64,000 nucleotides of DNA from Nemertoderma westbladi (lineage: Eukaryota; Animalia; Xenacoelomorpha). The stretch lies in contig JAUCBJ010003973.1 in NCBI GenBank assembly GCA_032718475.1, positions 29,077-93,076 on the forward strand, in the 5' to 3' direction. Shown in pieces: positions 57,830 through 64,000 of the stretch. The position numbers were made by a program, and so were the translations under genes. Each line of letters begins with the position of its first letter. The stretch's first letter is position 1. Under the pieces are notes generated by a model. It was not told where the DNA came from and did no database searches. It was given only the letters and a program-made list of their open reading frames with translations.

Positions 57830-58450
57830 CTTACTACGTGGCGCTCTCGGTGCCCACAACCTCTAACTTGGTACTATGTACCGGGTACCCTAATACTGCT
57901 ACTACCTACATAATGCTACTACCTAATACCTACATACCACACCCTTTACTCTCTCACTACATGGCGCTTTCGGTGCCCACAACCCCTCTGCTACTACCTC
58001 TATGGTATACCTACATACCATACCCTTCACTCTCTTTCTACGTGGCGCTTTCGGTGCCCACAACCCCTCTGCTACTACTTCTATGGTATACCTACATACC
58101 ATACCCTCTACTCTTTTTCTACGTGGCGCTTTCAGTGCCCACAACCCCTCTACTTTCTTTCTACGTGACGCTTTCGGTGCCCACAACCCCTCTGCTACTA
58201 CTTCTATGGTATACATACATACCATACCCTCTACTCTTTTTCTATGTGGCACTTTGAGTGCCCACAACCCCTCTACTTTCTTTCTACGTGACGCTTTCGG
58301 TGCCCACAACCCCTCTGCTACTACTTCTATGGTATATCTACATACCATGCCCTCTACTCTCTTTCTACGTGGCGCTTTCGGTGCCCACAACTTCTAACTC
58401 TCTCGGTACTATGTACCGTGCTACTCCGGTACTATGTACCCTGCTACTAC
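57830..58450. repeat. Tandem array (mixed ~81-bp and ~39-bp units) in copy C, followed by ctaactt-type low complexity to about 58625
   Basis: ctacgtggcgctttcggtgcccacaacccctct recurs about 9 times. Confidence 0.9.
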
Positions 58451-58657
58451 TCTCGTGGTATGTCTATATACCACACTCCCTAATTTCTAACTTCTAACGA
58501 GCCTCTTACTCTTACTAACTTCTACTAACTTTCTAACTTCTTACTTCTTACTAACTTCTACTAACTTTCTAACTACTACTTACTATCTAACTATCTACTA
58601 CTACTACTTTCTAACTTTCTACTATCTTATTACTTATTTATTATTTGCTTTTACTTA

Positions 58658-61600
58658 TTATTTATTATATTTTGTGTAGGAAGGGCGTCTCGCCCTCATT
58701 CCCACCCGCCTCAGTCCAACATTTGGACGACTAAACTCTAAGGTGCCCCTTCTATTAGGCAGCACTTTCCTACAGCCCTCCTGTAGGTCTTCCTGTCCTT
58801 TGCTCCTATCGTGCCTCCTATTCTCACCTCCACCGACCGGACTCTTCCGTCCTCGTCGGGGTAAGTATCTACCACTCTTGCTAGCCTCCTCCACCACCCT
58901 AAAATCGGGTCTTCCAGTCGCCTTCTTGATTTCCTCATGGTCCCCTGGTAGCAAAATGCCACCCTTCATCTTGTCGTCACCTGGCGGTAGAATGAAAATA
59001 AATCGAAAGAATAGATAGAACAGAATGGATAATACTAATCCTATCCCTTTCCACCTTGTCTTCTTACTTGACCTCCCCCTTTTCGGTATGCCTCTCAACC
59101 GGACCGGCGTCTCTTCCGGACACTCCACCGGACACTCCTCCGGAAACTCCTCCGGACATCTCGCCGTCCACTCTTCTCCATCCTCATACCAATAGTTGCC
59201 GGGAACATCCTTGTTCCATCCCATCGTCTCTAAGTCTTCCGCGTCGAATCCATTCTCCTCCGCCCACTCTCTTGCTGCTACTTCCCCTCCTGAATCATCT
59301 AATGACGGTATATCTCTGGAATTATCCTCTATTCTTTCAACATGCTCCACTATGCATGGTTTCAGACCCATACCCAATTCCTGGTATCCTTCCCCGGGCT
59401 GCTTCTCACATGGGACCTCCCCATCGCCCATCTCTGGTTTCTCCTCTACATCCTTAACGGTGCCTGATAGCATGCGCCCTGATGTCTCCGACACCCTGAA
59501 TGGAGTCTTGGCTTTAATTGGGGCGCTAAGCGTCCATCCGAACTGCGTGAGAATCGCCGTCGGATCCCGCTGCTTATTCTCTCCGAATATGGTCCTTACT
59601 CTCTCATGGGCCGTCGGACAATCCATTCCGACTATGATGGATACCTTCGAGACGTCCACTTTCGGTATTGAGAAATCGATATCGTCCAGGAACCGATATT
59701 GCTCGACCTCGATCTTAGCTGGTCGCCTGGTGTTTATGTTAATCAATTCTATAATCTGAATGGGGTCGATGGTTGCCCTATAATCACATCCCGGTGCTAT
59801 TGCTGATATCTCGCACCATCCTGTCCTCATCTCCAGGACCTCTTCCTTACTCGAGATAGTAGTTACCGCCATCCTACTCGGCCTCGTCTGTAACCCTATC
59901 TCCTCGGCCACCCAATTCTCCACGAGCGTGAAGGCTGCTCCACTGTCGACCAGCATCAGTGTTGTAACTGATCGACCGCTCTCTCCTGTTATCCTCACTG
60001 GTACTACCCCGAGTAGTACTTTCCTTTTTCTCCTTGCTCCTGCCGTGCTCGTAGCCATAGCTTGGCCTCCAGTCTCATCGGTGTTTCTCTACACTCTCCG
60101 AATCTGTGTCCTTCTACCACGCATCGATGACATAGTCCGTTTGTATCTGTGTAGGCTACACGATCTTGTTTAGGCAACGCTTGCCAATGCTTATAACTCA
60201 TGGTCTTATGGTCCATCCCTATGCAATTGACATTCGTATCCTGGATTGTAGCGCTCCCTGTATAGCCCTTCACGTATTGCGCGTAGATTCATATCTACCG
60301 GTTTAGTGTTTTGGTTATTTGGACTCGGCCTACTGGGTGTGTTGGGATTATATTTGTTCGTGTTGTTATTTTGTTTCTGTCCCTGCCACGGTGTGGCCCT
60401 ACTCCCAGCTAACTGTGGACTTGTAGTCCCCTGCGTGGCCGCATGTGGTAGCGACTGTCTCACTCTCGGGAATGGATCTGCCGGATTATGTTCGGGTTTA
60501 GGCCTGTTGTATTCAGCTTTCGGCGCCTTCCCCAAACTATCCTCACTGTAGACTGGGTCTGTAATCAACTCCGCTTCGTAATTGAGGAAGTTTGACATTT
60601 CCTCTAGGCCCGGTTCCGCACCTTTCTTCTCCCGGGTGGAGAAGGCGATCTTCCTCCATTTGTTCCTTAGCCAGATTGGCAGTGCCTGCGCTATCGTGGT
60701 GATGTTATTCGATGCGTTGAGTTCGTATGGCGCATCCAAGGTCTTTAGCACGATTAGCGCCTTCTCGACCTTATTCGCGAAAGTCTTTATACTAACAGGG
60801 TTATCCTGTAGGCCACCCGTTGTTATTCCCCTCAAGGTCTGCCGGATGATCTTGGCAGGGTGTCCATATTCCCTGTCTAGGGCCCGCCATGCAGTCGTGA
60901 AGCCACCCTCGATGCCCAGATACTGCCTCACGATGTCGTACGCTGGGCCTCCTGTGTATACCTGTAAATATTTTAGGCACTCCGCCTGCGTCTGGTTTTT
61001 AGTTAATATTTCGTTGCTGTACATGCGCCGGAATTGCAGGTATTCTTCCGGCCTGCTTCCGTCGAATTTATATGGTTCAATTGGTGGCAGCTCGATCCTG
61101 GTCTTAAGCGCATCGATAAGTGTTGCCATACCCATCTCCTGTGCTTCCAATGGGTTCGACGGATGCTGTACAGGCTCTCCAGTTGGGTGTGGTTTGCCCG
61201 TCGGGCCTGTTGATTTCTTCTGTGTCGGATATATCATTGGGGGTAACGGCCCCCTCCATATCTCCGTGTCGCATGATCTGCTCTGGTCCAGGGGGTTCGA
61301 TGTTCTTATTCTCGGTTGAGTGTTTTGCTGATATTGTAATGGGGGAATGTCACCCTGCCCCCCCCCCCCCCCCCCCACCTGTGTTTTGTTTGGTACTGGG
61401 GTTGATGTTAATATATTGGGGCCCACACACCTATCGGCAATAACTCCCCCCTCCCCTGGGTATATGTTATGTCCCTGCATATTATAGTCATACTGGTGTG
61501 CAGGTACCGGTATAGGCCTATCCACCTCTTTCCTACCTACCGGTATGTACGCCGCAACTTCCGGATCTAATTCCGTCTTCCGCGCTACCCTATCGCCTAC

Positions 61601-62935
61601 ACTATCTCTTCCAGCATGGCCTATAGTATGTGCAGTAAGGCCTACAGTATGTCCTGCAGTCTGCCTGTGTCCCTCCGGACCGAAGTTTAATCTTCTCTAA
61701 TATTCCAAGAAGTCCTCCCCACGACTACCGTACTCTCGATCGGCAGCTAGATCCCGTCAGGAAGTTTCTCTTCAATCCCCTCTCCTGTTCTCCTCCTCGT
61801 ACTGGTACATCCTGTACCCTTCTCCCGGCGTATGGTATATCTCGCCAGGCTGCGTCTCTCCGGGGCGACGGCAATCTCCCGGAGTTCGACCCCACTGACT
61901 CTCCAACTCCATTTCTGCTACCGACGGTTCGCTGTCCGTCCTTGCTCTCTGGTTGCTTGTAGCAATGCTTCTTCTATTCTCTTCACTTCTTCTCTCTTCA
62001 GTGTAGCACTCCCGATCATGAGATCTCTCTTCGACCTCCCGGTTAAACTCCACTGTTCTTCTTCCCTCTTCCGACTGACATCTTCTCGCTCGCCCGCTCC
62101 CAGCGCCAACATATCTCTCTCTGCCCTGTTGGACGCTCCTGGGGATACTCACCATCTCCCTACTATTCTCCGTCGTCGTGTGCTGCAGTTCACCTAACTC
62201 GCCCCGTGCATTATCCGCCGATGCCTGTGGGACATTCTCTGCCCCCCCTCTCTCGCCACTAATCTCTCGTGGTGGGGTGTCCGTAGCCCCCCCCCCCCCA
62301 CTCGCCATTCTTACTTTACTACCTCCTACTTCGCTTCTATGCCCCTCTTGTGGGACATTCTCTGCCCCCCCCCCCCCCCCCCCCCCCTCTCGCCACTAAT
62401 CTCCCATGGTGGGGCGCCCGTAGACCCCCCCCACCCCAACTCGCCACTTCTTACTTCACTACCTCCTACTTCGCTTCTACGCCCCTCTTGTGGGACATTC
62501 TCTGCCCCCCCCCTCTCGCCACTAATCTCCCCTCCCGTGGTGGGGCGCCCGTAGCCCCCCCCCCCCCCCCCACTCGCCACTTCTTACTTCACTACCTCCT
62601 ACTTCGCTTCTACGCCCCTCTCTAGTCGACGCATTATCTCTACTATGGCTGGGTCTATTCACCCCCGCCTCTCCCTGTGCAACTGCGTGGCCTTGCAGGC
62701 TCCCGTCGGGTTGACTCACCCCCGCTACTCCCTGCCTAACTATGTGGCCTTGCAGGCTCCTGTTGGGGTGACTCACCCCTGCTACTCCTTGCGTAACTAC
62801 GTGGCCTTGCAGGCTCTCGCTGACTGGACCACCTGTGTCCCCAACATTCATATTAATAGCACCGTTATCAATGATATTGTTATCTGAATTATTTAAATTA
62901 CTTAAATTGGGTTGGTGTAGTGGCGTAAATATCAC
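58658..62935 (-). pseudogene. Fragmented gag-protease of copy C
   Basis: PYKFDGSRPEEYLQF..., CHRCVVEGHRFGEC and LMLVDSGA spread over several frameshifted ORFs. Confidence 0.85.
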
Positions 62936-64000
62936 GTAATGATGAGTTCCCCACTGAACCGCCCAAATCAGGTAACCCGCCCGTCCGGTGGAAAGGAAAC
63001 TGATAACTAAACGCTCCAGTGTGGTGTCTGTGCAGGCCGATCCCTACACAGCACCATAGTAATACAGAATATAGACAGAATATAAACAGATAACAAACAA
63101 TAAATAAGATGCATTTACAAAAGATAAAATAATATAAGTGAATACGTAAAATGAATAAGGAATCTGTACTACTAAAGAACTGTGCCATAAAACAACGATA
63201 TCACCTTCCACTCTTGTCACCAAACCAACTGAACCAATATTGCTAATCTGTGTCTAATGTACCCCGGTAGTGCGGATGAATATTCCCTAGTAATGAGCCA
63301 GACTGGGGTTTAAGACCCCAGCCTGGCACCCGTAAGTAGCAAAAACCCTAATTAAGTACATAATCCTACTACCTAAAACTAAAACCTACTGAAACCCCCC
63401 CAATATAACAATAAATACGTACTACATAATGTAGTACATATTGACCGCCTAATTGTACATTCCTATCTCTGGCAAGGCTAATATCCCATCTCCCTGCTAC
63501 CTCTGTCTTGCTACAGGTGTGGCCTGGCGGCCAACCTATCCCCAACCACGTGCTCTTTGTATACCTCGTTTGTAATCCACCTAGTCCCATGTCTGTATTG
63601 ATACCTTGAGAGTTGACTTGGTGGAAGGCGTACGTAGTAACCTAATACTAATATTCCTGGAAATCACTGCAGCCCAGTCCCCCCCCCCCCCCCCCCCGTG
63701 TGCCCTGTAACTAGTCAGTTCCGTAGTCCTACCTACACCTACAGTACAAACGCTACAGTAATTACCCCTACAGTACAAACATTAGGCTTGGGTGGGAAAC
63801 CCATGGTACTAATATAATATATGTGTGGGTTTGGGAAGGGTAAGGTTCCGGTTGTTGGACACACTCCCCCTTGGGAGTGTAAATGATTTACACTCCCATA
63901 TCCAAAGGCACGAGCCATGTAAAAGCTTCTGTGGGATGTAACTGGCCCTTCGCCCCGCAACCCAGTTTTTCCCCCATACGCTAAAATACTCTGAAACCTA

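Larger units (their letters stand above)
56894..62935 (-). mobile_element. Decayed copy (C) of the RT-less BEL-derived family
   Basis: Minus-strand gag (60206-61525) and protease (58658-60058) closely match copy B; ORF3 remnant at 57515-57700; partial 3' LTR 56894 to about 57108 ending GATCCCGTCACA and similar to the LTR at 21028-21687; PPT and LTR start deleted; 5' end not found. Confidence 0.88.

Noticed and set aside
62940-64000. Possible continuation of copy C or another element
   Set aside because: No LTR end, TSD or convincing protein motif recognised; left unannotated.

Overview
Eukaryotic (probably animal) DNA made almost entirely of nested transposable elements; I found no host gene and no prokaryotic features. 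The centrepiece is a young BEL/Pao LTR retrotransposon on the minus strand (23103-54228; 2.3-kb LTRs; TSD AAGCA). It encodes Gag-PR-RT-RH-IN and carries an extra env-position ORF3 that looks like a DEDDy 3'-5' exonuclease fused to three CCHC zinc knuckles. A second, RT-less BEL-derived element (29600-41207; 541-bp LTRs; TSD AACGC) is inserted into that ORF3 and carries its own intact, divergent exonuclease-knuckle ORF. Two decayed relatives of the RT-less family (17.2-21.7 kb, 56.9-62.9 kb) and a third, divergent exonuclease pseudogene (55.1-56.9 kb) are also present. Unusual nucleotide-level signals: 11 same-strand copies of a 20-nt hairpin dispersed through the big element in all three reading frames; no tRNA-type primer-binding site in either full-length element, with LTR-internal complements to the first bases after the LTR instead; and a tRNA-like Pol III cassette inside the big LTR. 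The first 23 kb holds non-autonomous DNA transposons, a CR1-like LINE, a SINE and tandem repeats. All calls come from reading motifs by eye; no database searches were run.
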